A DNA stretch of 64,000 bases from Minutocellus sp. GHC0000111. Its lineage: Eukaryota. This document shows, piece after piece, positions 21,964 to 32,510 of this stretch; positions within the stretch are counted from its first letter, which is position 1; each line of letters starts with the position of its first letter. A model generated the notes under the pieces. It had not been told where the DNA came from. It made no database searches and was given only the letters and a program-made list of their open reading frames with translations. The position numbers were made by a program, and so were the translations under genes. Location of the stretch: the NCBI GenBank assembly GCA_977018835.1, contig OZ361261.1, forward strand, positions 2,046,001 through 2,110,000, written 5' to 3'.

Positions 21964-24237
21964 ATGATCGTCCCGCCCGCCGAGGTTGATGCCCTCCTCC
22001 AAAGCCTGCGTCCCGTCACCGACGTGGCGCGCCAGATTGGCACCGACGACTTTATGAAGTCGTACTGCGTCGATTTGGAGCGGCTGGCGCTCCAGGCTCA
22101 CCTGTCGGCGGCCGACGAGGCGCGCGGATCTCAGGTGAACGACGGGGTGAACGTGAACACGAGTGGTGTTATTGGTAGTGCAGGTGGTGCGTCTGGCAGC
22201 GGTGATAGTACGGCTGCAGCTGGAAAAACTGCTGCCATCGGAGCTCTGGCCGAACTGGCCAACATAGGAGGACGGATGCAGGGATCATTGTCATCCTCGG
22301 CGGCATTCGGTCATGAATACGTCGTCGAGGCGATACTGCTCGAGGGCAAGCTGGAGGTCTTGGTCCGGCTTCTGCTGGCGTTGGAATGCTGGAGGACCCA
22401 GGTGCTGTTTCCACCTGAGCAGTCACTGGATGAGAAGGAGGAGGAGGAGGAGAAGGCCGAGGACGAGGTGAATACTGGTAGTACAGATTCAGTTGTCCTC
22501 GAGACGGATGAGAATGGGGCATTCGATATCGATGGTGCTGACGTTTCGACCTCCGATGACCCTTCTGGTGTTGACGACACGGAGAAGCTTTCACACTGCC
22601 AAGATCAGCACCAATACCAGCGGGGCCTCGCCCCCCTCCTGGCGCGGAACAAGAATTCGCTCCGAGCGGCCTTCATCCTCCATTCCGAGACGACCATCGT
22701 CAGCCTCCTGTCTCTCATCTTCTACCGTCGGGAGGCCTTCGACGACGACTGCCTGTCCGGGGACGTGGTCGTCGCCCTCGTGGACTACGTGGCCCGGTGC
22801 CTCACCTTTCTGGCCGTCCTTCTCTCTTGCAATCCCATGGTGTCCAAGCAGAGGAAGACGGTAATGAGCAGCAACCAGGTCCCTATCCGGACGGCCCTGG
22901 AGGATATTCATGATGCAATGCTGGATGCACAGTACAAGACGTCCGTGGCGGCGCTCAACCTGGCACAGTACCTGTGTCAGCACGTGGAGGAACTTCCCCT
23001 GGCGGCACGCAGTCGTTTGCTTGATACGCACGACTTCCCGCTGTTGATGATGCCCCTCATCGAAGAGCCACCATGGACCAGACGGAGGGAGAAGGTGATG
23101 CGTCGCCGTCCCGATGACAATGGCGATGGCAATGGTACCACCACTGCCACCACTACCAAAATGGTGTGGGAAAAATACATCGACGGGGACTGGTCCGAGG
23201 TCGAACCCGACGAGCTGCTGCGACTGACCAAGTGCGAGGCCCAGCCCTGGTTGGTCCTGTACCATCTGCTTTGCAATTCGCCCTCCTGCCGCGAGGCCTA
23301 TGGGCTCAATACCTACCGCAAGGCCCAGGTGCTCAGGGCTCGCAAGTACCTGGTAGCGGCGCTGACCGACCAGCTGCCCATCCTGGCCGATCTCGCTCGA
23401 TATTTGGACGAGCTGAGCATTATGGGCGTCCCCGAGGCCACGGAGGCCACCCGGGGACGTGGCGGGGGCGGGCTGGTAGGTGGCGACCGTGGAGGAGGCA
23501 GCGGCGGCATGCTCCTCATGGAGCAGGTCGATACGATGAGGGAGGATGTAGTCCAAACCGCGAAACAGCAGGGATGGACGTCCGTTGTCAAAGAGCAATT
23601 CGACTCCATCTTTTCCAAGGTGACTGACGCAAAAGACGAAACATTGCGTCTGATTTCATCCGAAGTTTATAACGAAGGATTTGAGAGCGTCCTCGGTGGC
23701 GTTGGCGGTATTGGCGACATCAAAGGGGGCGAGCGAGATCACGGAGGAGCGTCATTGCAACGCAGGCCGATATCCACCATCGTTATTTCCGTTGCTCAAA
23801 ATGCGAGCAACGACGAGAATTTCTTTGTGGAATGCTTCCAGCTCGTTCCTGATGAGGGGGGCAAATCATCGTCGCTTGCGGAATCTCCTTACGGCGCCGG
23901 CGTCTTTCGCCGTACCAAATTCAAGGTCACGCTGCTCGATGGAAACCCCAACGCTGGCTCCCTGATCGTGCCACCCAGGGCCCATATCAATGCCAAGATC
24001 TTTTACCAAGGCATCGAAAGTACCTTAACCCTCTTGGAGTTGGAATCGATTGATCTTCCGACAACGCAAGCGGAGGTCAAGTCCAAGAAGGAATGGCGCC
24101 AGTTGGGCTCTCTAGGCGATAAACTTGTAGTTCAGCTCGGCTTCAAGTTGCTCTCCTCGGAAGAGGACAATGGTGCTGGTAGTACGCCTCAGTGGACGCT
24201 GAGCCAGGCATTTGTTTCGCAGCCGGAGACTAGCTAG
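21964..24237 (+). CDS. ZMYND10: ZMYND10/BLU (DNAAF7)-like axonemal dynein assembly factor lacking the MYND finger
   Basis: LERL..QAH, K+.VLV..LL..E.W, HSETT+..LL...Y, LVDY..R, RLL.THD.P.L+.PL+E.PPW.R, +LTK.EAQ.WL.LY.LL, N.YRK.Q+L, L.DQLP.L.DL.R.L+EL. Confidence 0.85.
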   Translation: MIVPPAEVDALLQSLRPVTDVARQIGTDDFMKSYCVDLERLALQAHLSAADEARGSQVNDGVNVNTSGVIGSAGGASGSGDSTAAAGKTAAIGALAELANIGGRMQGSLSSSAAFGHEYVVEAILLEGKLEVLVRLLLALECWRTQVLFPPEQSLDEKEEEEEKAEDEVNTGSTDSVVLETDENGAFDIDGADVSTSDDPSGVDDTEKLSHCQDQHQYQRGLAPLLARNKNSLRAAFILHSETTIVSLLSLIFYRREAFDDDCLSGDVVVALVDYVARCLTFLAVLLSCNPMVSKQRKTVMSSNQVPIRTALEDIHDAMLDAQYKTSVAALNLAQYLCQHVEELPLAARSRLLDTHDFPLLMMPLIEEPPWTRRREKVMRRRPDDNGDGNGTTTATTTKMVWEKYIDGDWSEVEPDELLRLTKCEAQPWLVLYHLLCNSPSCREAYGLNTYRKAQVLRARKYLVAALTDQLPILADLARYLDELSIMGVPEATEATRGRGGGGLVGGDRGGGSGGMLLMEQVDTMREDVVQTAKQQGWTSVVKEQFDSIFSKVTDAKDETLRLISSEVYNEGFESVLGGVGGIGDIKGGERDHGGASLQRRPISTIVISVAQNASNDENFFVECFQLVPDEGGKSSSLAESPYGAGVFRRTKFKVTLLDGNPNAGSLIVPPRAHINAKIFYQGIESTLTLLELESIDLPTTQAEVKSKKEWRQLGSLGDKLVVQLGFKLLSSEEDNGAGSTPQWTLSQAFVSQPETS

Positions 24238-24389
24238 CTACGGGGCTTGGTGTCGCAGAATAGGATTGGCGAAGCAAAAAGGAATGTCCACACGCGAAGA
24301 GGTAGTCTTGGAGGTACCCTCTTGGCTTGTGCCGAGCTTTATTTTACCCTTCCTACTGCTATCTATAAAATGGTATACATACTCATGTA

Positions 24390-26399
24390 TTAATAATCAT
24401 CTTCTTCCGAGGACGGCCCACCGTCATTGCAACCACTCCTAGACGAAGAAGAATCACGGCTTGGCACTACCTGAGATCCTCTCTTCCTCCCAAACGAAAA
24501 CCGCGACCCCACGGAATTCGACAATCGCACTAACGACGATTCATACGAAGCGTCGGTGGCGTTCCATCTGCTGCCATCAATATCGGGTAGCAATTGCTTT
24601 GCTCGACTTATTTCAATCCAGGCCGAGAAAATTAACAGACAGATACTCGACAAGATAACCACGAGAGCTCCGAAGGAAAGTGCAATGCTTACTTTCCAAC
24701 TAGGCTCTCCATCTTTCAGAAGTCCAGTCGAGACGGCCCCAATAGCAACCACGAGACACAATGACGAGTGTAGGATCAGGTCAACGTTTCGTCTCGCAGT
24801 GATCTTTTGTATCGTTCCGTTTCCTGTTTCGTCTTCTCTCGCATTGCCTTTCCTACCAGCAATTTCCTCTATTAATTCCACATATGGCTTTACCAGGAAA
24901 TTTACAACACCCGACAAGACGAATAAAACCGTCAAGACGCATCCCAAAACTAGGGGTCTCCTTCCTCTCCAGAGGAAAGTGGCACAGACAAGCCAAAGCT
25001 TTCTCGCAAGAACAACGACGGACCAGTACCATCTTGACGATCGGAAGGGCCCACATAAAAGCCAATATCGATGTAAAATGGCGTTGGTGGATTCGTCGCC
25101 TCGCCCACCTTGCTTCGCCATTGACTGTATTGATTTGATCCCATATCTTGCCTGCTGCCTAAAGAGCGAACGAGCAACAAACAGAGGAAACGATATGCCA
25201 TAGATCTTGAAGGTGATGGCGCCGATAATTGACGATGCTCTGCCAGAGCCTGCTCCTGCCGACCCCACCATTGCTTGAAAGGAGGAACTAGCAAGCTGGA
25301 GATATGCAAAATAAACACACCCAAAGGCGATTCCGGCAAATCTGTTCACAAAAGGTCGCCTTCTGAAGATGAGTGAAATGATAATCCCAATAACCAAGAC
25401 AATCAGTGGTAGGCATACAATGGCCAGTTCTTTTGTTTCATGCGATGAACTCAACAGACACTCCAGCGGAAGTATGGCGTCTAGATCAAAGTTGAAGACT
25501 GCCAGCGCAGACAGCGTGCTATCTACTGTCGTTGGCCATGTGAAGGGGGTATCTGTCCCCAGAAATGATAACAGTTGCAAATAATCCAAACGAATGTAAT
25601 AGAGGGCTGGGGTTGGAGATGGCATTTGCCTGTAGGCAATGACAAGGCCGATGAAAATAGCCAGCAAGGCAATGCTCAGGAGAATAGAGGAACTTGCAGA
25701 TGGGCAATTCTTGCATCGGCCGCTCTTGAAGTAGTATTTATTCTGATTCGATACACTGTAACAACTCAGACTGGCAAATTCGCTGGATGGTTCCATAGAA
25801 GGTTGATAGCTGCTGTTAGCATCGGCACTAGGAGTCGAGCTTGGTCTGGGAGATGTAGAATCCATCACACTAGTAGGATCAACCGAAGGAGTAGAAGTCA
25901 GCGCCATGTGAGAAGGCTCGAAGGATGGTCTGCTTCTACTTGGAAAGGAAGATGGCCTCGTAGATGGATGGGGCGAAGCTGTGATCGGTGAGCGGCTTGG
26001 TGACGATGTTGGCATCGATGTTGGCAACGGAGAACAATCCATGATGGTGTCCTGGCCTATTTGGCCATTTGTGTGCGTGCCGGGCGGACAAGGCTTACAT
26101 ACCGCTTGCCCTTGTGCATCATTGTAGGTATCAATTGGACAGGGTTGGCACACTTCAGCCTCCGTTATGTTGTAAAACGTGGCTCGGGGACATGCATAGC
26201 GTCCGTTGTCATTGTCGGCGCTATAATGTCCCGCCCCAACTGGAATGCAGACACGAGCAATGCAAGCAAAACCACAAGTCGACGTTTCGCCCGTGTAATA
26301 ACATCCCGGACCACACGCTGTCGGTGAGGGGCTACACTCTCCTCGGATCTCGGTGATTGAGACTGCTAAGATTAGAAGCAGGACGAAGTATCTGCACAT
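24390..26399 (-). CDS. Secreted-N-terminus multipass membrane protein with ephrin-receptor-like/GCC2-GCC3 Cys repeats, Ser/Pro/Thr stalk and ~9-10 TM segments
   Basis: Signal peptide MCRYFVLLLILAV; C..CP.(D/G)TY/H repeats; PTSMPT-type stalk; YLQLL, F..N.D...EC, and PFR...WYW.VV+L.RKL motifs of the protist TRP-like TM family. Start chosen at the ATG preceding the hydrophobic core. Confidence 0.7.
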   Translation of the reverse strand: MCRYFVLLLILAVSITEIRGECSPSPTACGPGCYYTGETSTCGFACIARVCIPVGAGHYSADNDNGRYACPRATFYNITEAEVCQPCPIDTYNDAQGQAVCKPCPPGTHTNGQIGQDTIMDCSPLPTSMPTSSPSRSPITASPHPSTRPSSFPSRSRPSFEPSHMALTSTPSVDPTSVMDSTSPRPSSTPSADANSSYQPSMEPSSEFASLSCYSVSNQNKYYFKSGRCKNCPSASSSILLSIALLAIFIGLVIAYRQMPSPTPALYYIRLDYLQLLSFLGTDTPFTWPTTVDSTLSALAVFNFDLDAILPLECLLSSSHETKELAIVCLPLIVLVIGIIISLIFRRRPFVNRFAGIAFGCVYFAYLQLASSSFQAMVGSAGAGSGRASSIIGAITFKIYGISFPLFVARSLFRQQARYGIKSIQSMAKQGGRGDESTNAILHRYWLLCGPFRSSRWYWSVVVLARKLWLVCATFLWRGRRPLVLGCVLTVLFVLSGVVNFLVKPYVELIEEIAGRKGNAREDETGNGTIQKITARRNVDLILHSSLCLVVAIGAVSTGLLKDGEPSWKVSIALSFGALVVILSSICLLIFSAWIEISRAKQLLPDIDGSRWNATDASYESSLVRLSNSVGSRFSFGRKRGSQVVPSRDSSSSRSGCNDGGPSSEEDDY

Positions 26400-26478
26400 C
26401 CTGCATCTGTTACCATGGTGGTTGAGACCAAGATTAGAAGCAGGATGAAGTATCTGCATATCCTGCATCTGTTACCAT
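26357..26478. repeat. Imperfect direct repeat (~49-bp core, period 62) over the start of the membrane-protein gene
   Basis: AAGATTAGAAGCAGGAyGAAGTATCTGCAyATCCTGCATCTGTTACCAT at 26368-26416 and 26430-26478. Confidence 0.9.
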
Positions 26479-26532
26479 AAGAGGGGAGGCGGAAATTGTC
26501 CTACATATCCATATTACAGTACGTGCCGGGGC

Positions 26533-26580
26533 AAGAAGATGTGAGCGGTACAGTAAAGAAGATGTGAGCGGTACAGTAAA
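26533..26580. repeat. 23-bp perfect tandem duplication
   Basis: AAGAAGATGTGAGCGGTACAGTA x2. Confidence 0.9.
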
Positions 26581-26681
26581 ATTTTGAGAATTGGGTTGAC
26601 GCCTTCTGATGCTCATCATGCCACGCTAATCCGTTTTGGCACATTTGTACGACTGGAGGGTACGTCGTAGATCACGAAGCA

Positions 26682-27555
26682 ATGACTGCCCCTTCGATAG
26701 TTGCCAGGCCACCTCCATTGGAATTATGCGTAGACTGCAGAAGAAATGATGCGCCAACATACCGAACAATCAAGATTCAAGCATCGGAAGAAGGCCATTG
26801 TTCTTTCCGAGATTCTTCTAGAAGGAAGCCTACAACGAGTGATGCGATAGTTCAGGCAGATTCTACCTCCACTATCTCTATGGATGCATCTCAAGCGAAA
26901 ACCTTGGATACCGCTAAGGACAAGGGTACTGAGCTAGGCCGGCGCATGCAGCCTAAAAGTGATGCCGACTTTGGAACACTGCAATCCGAACTGCAACTGT
27001 GGAGGAATAGAGAACAGAACGACATACTTGCGGCCCACCCTGCAGTTCAGATCGGTCTTGAGCAAGAGGTATTGGCAAAGGAAGGGTTCCTACTTCGAAA
27101 GATTGATAGTCTGAGGACAGAGGAGCACAAAGATCGACGAACAAGGCGGATTGATGGCGAGCTAGCCGAGATGGCAAAACCACAATGTTGGACGCTAGCC
27201 AGTGGCGACCAAATTCAGATAGAAACCCCAGCCATAACACATGCCAGCAACCTTCGTCGTTTTTTACAATGGATTGGCTGAAAAGGTAGGCGATTCGAGA
27301 AAGAAATATCTTCTGGAAGCTAGAGATGCAGTGAATGAAAGCCTGGAAACGACAGACTTCATTGCGATGGATCTGGTCGAATTGATTGACAGAGAGCTGG
27401 ATCTACTCCATCGAGGAATCGACAGAAGGGTTCTTCAAAGCTTGAATAATCGCGTGCGGAACCTCTTTTTGCAATTCATTCAAGATAGTAGGCACAACCC
27501 GGCAGCATCTGCATACGCACCATCGTCGTTTGCAGAACCAGTTGTTAAAATATAA
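26682..27555 (+). CDS. IQUB: IQUB/FAP253-like ciliary protein, shortened, with a +1 frameshift at 27260-27265
   Basis: RRM.PK+..DF..L..EL+.WR..E, KE..LL..I, MA.P..W....G..+.++TP...A..L...Y, ++ELIDRE.DLL.RG......L..R+.NLF.QFI.....NP.A. Removing one T from the T6 run joins the two ORFs. Confidence 0.78.
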
Positions 27556-27730
27556 CAGGGGCAAGAAACATGACTTTTAACTAATCAGACGAATAGTCAT
27601 CGCGTTTGGCATCTCCGGTAGAACACACATCGTTTCTCTACTCTAGATTATTGCAATGGATTAGTCAGGTAGATAGTATAACTCTACAATAAGAATCGGG
27701 ATGTTAGTAATCCCACTGCACCTCGGTGAG

Positions 27731-29047
27731 TTAATCAGTCCAATCGATGCGGATCAGTCGACCGAGGAGATTTTTGCCGTTTAATGTTGCAGCCTTTTCA
27801 CATGCCTCGGTATTCCAGAACTCGACAAAGCCGCTGTATCGGATGGCGAGTGGAAATAGAAAAATAAACACAACGTTGGATGGTTGGTGAGCGAGATGGC
27901 AACAAAAGGAAAAAGGGAATATGGATGATATTTTCTAGCGTTCCAAGCCACCTCCGGCCAAGAAACTACAATCCTGTTCCCAATTAATTCGTACTCACAC
28001 TCCCTTGAAGTCACCAGTATCCTTGCGATGCAACCAACGGACGGCCTTGAGCTCGGCATCGACGTTGGCAAAGAATTTGGTGATGGCATCGTCGTCAATA
28101 TCGTACGACAGGTTGCCAATGAAGAGCTTGACGCATCCCTCCGGCTTCTCGGACATGGCTTTAGTACCATATCCACCGGCCTGCCCTCCTCCACCGGCCT
28201 GCTTCCCACCGGTGATGGCCCGCTGCTTGGGTGGCCAAATATCGCCGGGCCGAGCGGCGGCAAAGTTGATCTTGATGCTCCGTCCCATGAGATCCTGCCC
28301 AGCCTTGGCTACGGCCTCTCCGGCATCCTTGGAATTTCTCATCTCGACAAAGGCGCTGCCGTAGAACCGCCCCGTCTCCTTGTCTGTGATCCACTTAACG
28401 TGCGTCATATGCCCACCGAGGAAATCATTGAGGGACGATTCGTCGACGGCAAAGGGTAAATTGCCCAGGAACAGACGCGTCACTCCGGTCGGATTGCCCT
28501 TGCAGGGTTTGTTCTTTTTGGAAGGGTCTGTGGCATCGGCGTCATCTGCAGCATCAGCGTTAGCGTTGTCGTCTCCATCGCTTTCGTCGTCGTCATCATC
28601 GTTTGCACCACCCTCGATGGGAGGCTCGTCTTCATCGTCGTTATCATCTCCATTATCATAATCCCCGCCATCTTCGTCATCTGCAGATTTCTTCTGCTTC
28701 TTCTTTGCTTCCGATGCATCTTCCGCTTCATCCTCGGACTGCTTGCGCTTCTTCTTTTTGTCCTTCTTCTTTTTCTTGCCGTCGCCATCCCCACCGCCGC
28801 TCTTGGCCTCCTTCCGTGCGCTCTTGCTGAGCTTGACGATGCCCTCGTCCGACAGGGTCAGCTTGCCATCGGATTCCATGGCCTGGACCGCCTTTTTGAA
28901 TTTCTTCTTGGACTTTTTGTCGTCGACGTCGAGTTGGAGGGAGAGCAGGACGGCCTTGCGAAGGTCCTTGACGGGCATCGACTTGCCCATCGGCGAACCG
29001 ACGATGGTTGATACGATCGTGCTGGTAAAAGTGGATTCGTCTGCCAT
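27731..29047 (-). CDS. Nucleolin/Gar2-like two-RRM RNA-binding protein; exons 29047-27999, 27833-27731
   Basis: RNP2 LFLGNL and LFIGNL; RNP1 YGSAFVEM and KGV|GFVEF across a phase-2 intron; Lys-rich and acidic N-terminal tracts. Confidence 0.88.
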
Positions 29048-29291
29048 CTTGACTTTGCAATATGGCTTGTTCTTTGCCTGGTCAACAAGCCTTTCCCTTT
29101 CGCTGTGTTCTGTGGCGCTTGATCGATTACGATTTGAAGGGTCAGGAGCTCGTCTGCCCGTCGAAAATACTCCTATGTGTAAGAGTTGATCGAAATATTA
29201 CCAAACTTCCATTGAGGAGAGTGCAAAAGCATCGAAATCAGTCTGTCCGTCGCCTGCTCCTGTGCTCATTTCATTCGCCAAGGGCGTCAAG

Positions 29292-30053
29292 ATGTTCTCC
29301 TCCGTCCGTTCTGCCGCCGCGACGACGCTGCGGTCGTCGTCGCTTGCCTCCTCTACCGGGGGCATTTTCCACCGGGCGTGCCGCTCTGTCTGTGGCACAT
29401 CGGTCTCTGCTGGTCCATCGGCCTCCAGCGCATCCCCGGCACAGCATGTGTCGGAGGAAAGAAATTACCGAGAAATGTGGAGGCCGCTTCAGCATACGCA
29501 GCAGCAGCAGCAGCAGCAGCAGTATCGGTCGATAATGACTTCTGTTACTACTCGGCGTAGCATTGGTGATGGGATGGTGGGTTTGACTTCATCTCTCGCT
29601 TCGCTCGGGCTTAATCTGTCTGCCTCCCCGGTGACTGCATCTGCGGTCAGTGCATCATCATCACAAGCAGCACCAGTACCAGGACCGGCGGCGGCATCAA
29701 CCCAGAGACGAACCTTCGCCACCAAGCGCTTCCACCACAAGAAGATCGTCAAGGCCGCCAAGGGATACCGCGGCCAGGCCAACCGCAACTTCCGCGCGGC
29801 CATCAAGCGCGTCGAGCGGGCCCGGCAGAACGCCTACCGCGACCGCAGGTTGCGCCGGAGGGAGTTTCGCAAGCTGTGGATCCAGCGCCTCAACGCCGGA
29901 GTGCGGCAGCACGGGGTGCGGTACTCGCGCTTCATCAACATGCTCAACAGTAGCGAGGTGAATCTCGATCGCAAGATTCTAAGTGAGTTGGCCATGCACG
30001 AACCCTTTTCGTTCAAGGCGGTGGTGGACGTCGTCAAATCCAGGAGTAGCTAG
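29292..30053 (+). CDS. MRPL20: Mitochondrial ribosomal protein bL20m with long presequence
   Basis: HKK+VK.AKGYRG......R.A...V.+A.Q.AYRDR+.++REFRKLWIQR+NA..R.HG..YSRFI..L....+.L+RK+LS+LA..EP.SF; Ser/Arg-rich N-terminus. Confidence 0.92.
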   Translation: MFSSVRSAAATTLRSSSLASSTGGIFHRACRSVCGTSVSAGPSASSASPAQHVSEERNYREMWRPLQHTQQQQQQQQYRSIMTSVTTRRSIGDGMVGLTSSLASLGLNLSASPVTASAVSASSSQAAPVPGPAAASTQRRTFATKRFHHKKIVKAAKGYRGQANRNFRAAIKRVERARQNAYRDRRLRRREFRKLWIQRLNAGVRQHGVRYSRFINMLNSSEVNLDRKILSELAMHEPFSFKAVVDVVKSRSS

Positions 30054-30739
30054 CTACCTACATGTAGGTACGTAGAAGCTACCAGGCCGGCCCTAGCAAA
30101 CTAAGGACGAATGGATGGATGTGGACATGGGTGTGGACGGTAAAGTGGTAGTCTCTAGCTAGCCAATGATATAATGCTAGATCGATCAATATATAGATAG
30201 ACTCGTAGGAGTATGCGCAATGCGCAATCTTTCGAATTGCTCGTGGTTCTGATACATGTAGCTGTATCCCTCCTCGAGTGACGTTTGACCCAACTGCATT
30301 TCATGTACCTAGATAGATTGGTGTGATCAATCGTACAGTACACACTAGCTACGCAATGTTTTCACAGGCGTAGTCTCGATTGTCTCGGCTCGCCAGTCTT
30401 GAAAAGACTTATTCTTGGTCTCGTCACTTGCTCCACGGTAGTTAGCGGTCTGCTCACTCTTCTGGGGTGCCAAGGAAATGCATCTCGTCCTTGCCTCAAA
30501 GGGGGGAAAGAATAACCAAGCAGATATGATAGCCTTGGGAGAATATACTAGTTACACTGCATGTGGACTAACAAAAGACCAAAACTAAAAGAATAGGCAC
30601 AAACGTTTATGTGAATAATAAGGCATAGTTGATGAATGAATCTCACATTGCCTGTGCCACCACCAGAGTGTGTCAAGCTATTTTATTGGTCTCTTTGTAC
30701 ATGGACTCTGCAACAATGCTCAACAACGTGACAACTTTT

Positions 30740-30851
30740 TAGATAAACTAATCCAAGATACATGTTACTCGTCGGGCATCGCTAAGCAGATATACTAGAT
30801 AAACTAATCCAAGATACATGTTACTCGTCGGGCATCGCTAAGCAGATATAC
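30740..30851. repeat. 56-bp perfect tandem duplication
   Basis: TAGATAAACTAATCCAAGATACATGTTACTCGTCGGGCATCGCTAAGCAGATATAC x2. Confidence 0.95.
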
Positions 30852-32510
30852 ACGCAAGGGGGTCGCATACATGTAAGAGTGTACCTAGGTAAGGGAGATA
30901 AAACATTATCTCAGGCATCACTGGATCAATACTTTTGACCGTTGATCTTTGTACACTGTTATAACCTAACTCATACTAACTAGCGGCTTTCTCTGCCTAC
31001 TGATTTATTTATTTGTATCACATACACAGCAGATCTTTAAAAGCTGTGCAATACATATGTATAATGAATCAGCTGGGACTGTGGGCCCGCTTGGTTGAGC
31101 TTTGCTCCCAGCGGGATGGTCTGTTCGTCGTTAGTAGTTCGCTGGGATTTGACCGTTGGTCTTTGTATCAACGATCACCTAACTCGCCTACTAGTGACAT
31201 TCTTTGCTGATTTGTAATATGTATAAATAAAATCTAAAAATTTTTTATCGAATGTCGTCTTGAAGAGATACATTTGTAATTTTGTGCTCGTATTCTCTCG
31301 CTTGAGCTGACGAGTAAAGTGTGGGAAGGCTAAGATTCAAGCAGCATGGCGCACTCCGCTGCACTGTGCTTGTTCATTTTGGGCTCACGTGTATTCGCGC
31401 GTAAGTTTATCGTAGGAGAGTCTCTCAATTAGCAGCTCTACTCTCTCACTTGGTGGTAGGAAGAGTAGTCGGAGGAGGCGACGCTGCTTTCTTCGGTGGA
31501 AGCAGCTGTGCGTGTAGTCGTGTAGTAGTGGAAGTGACACAAGATTCAGTGAATGGTGCAGACTGTAGGGAAGGGTTGACACCGCCCTGCTCCTCTTCGT
31601 CGAGATAGTTGTCGATTTCAAGGGTCAACCTTTGTAAGACCCGCAAAAGATTGTGGTCAGGGCTCATGCATCGTCGACGAGAGGAATGAATGCATGTAAT
31701 GGATGGGCTGCAATGTGCCGGTGCTGGCAGATCTGTGCACAGGAATTGCAGAATTCCCACATGGCCGCATGCGTGCAATCTCACCTCACACGTGTGCATG
31801 TGTAGCCATCTTGATAAAAGAAACTCAGGGCAACCTTTGGTCGGTCCTGCTGACTTGCTGAAACGTGTGTGTGTGGTGGTGTCGTCCCGCTAAGCAGATC
31901 TAGCAGCCTGCTCAAGTTAACAATGGGTGGCCGCACTTGCACCAGTGAGCACTCACATCAAGTGCCACACATGTAGTCTGTAGATTCACATGAAGTGATG
32001 AACTCCTTGGGCGTGTAGACTTCACATTCCATCAACATTGACGGTGTAAGACTGGGTGAAAGGAAAGGGAAAAGGTTGCAGCAAGTCAATGTAGTCAAGG
32101 TCGCTGAGTCAGTCGCGATCTCGCCAGGCACTATGGATGCTGCGGGCACGAACTGACGCGCGACATTCCACATGCATGCAGGCCTTCTACCTACACTGTG
32201 CGTGCTGAGGCCTGCATGCACATGAATGTTGCTGTTGCATAAAAAAAATGGGAATCAGACTCTCTACACGTCTACATGTAGGAAGTGCCGGCAGGATCCG
32301 GCTAGGCCAGCACGTTACTGTGTAGATCTAAAATTGAAACACACTTATTACCGCACATGTAGATCTAAGGCTTGCAAGTAATTTTAGTTGTTATCAAGCG
32401 TGGCGCGGGAGTACATGTACCAGATAGAGCCTACTGGCTGACGGTACCGCAAAATCTATAAGTGGTACCGGTACGTAGCAAGCAAGCACACCAATTGTCC
32501 AGATAGATGC

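Noticed and set aside
26357..30851. Direct repeats as a CRISPR array
   Set aside because: Only two copies each, no repeat-spacer series, no cas genes, eukaryotic context.
31200..31340. Possible LTR/polypurine-tract boundary of a copia element
   Set aside because: No second LTR, PBS, or gag/RT/integrase motif is visible; kept only as part of the unexplained gap.
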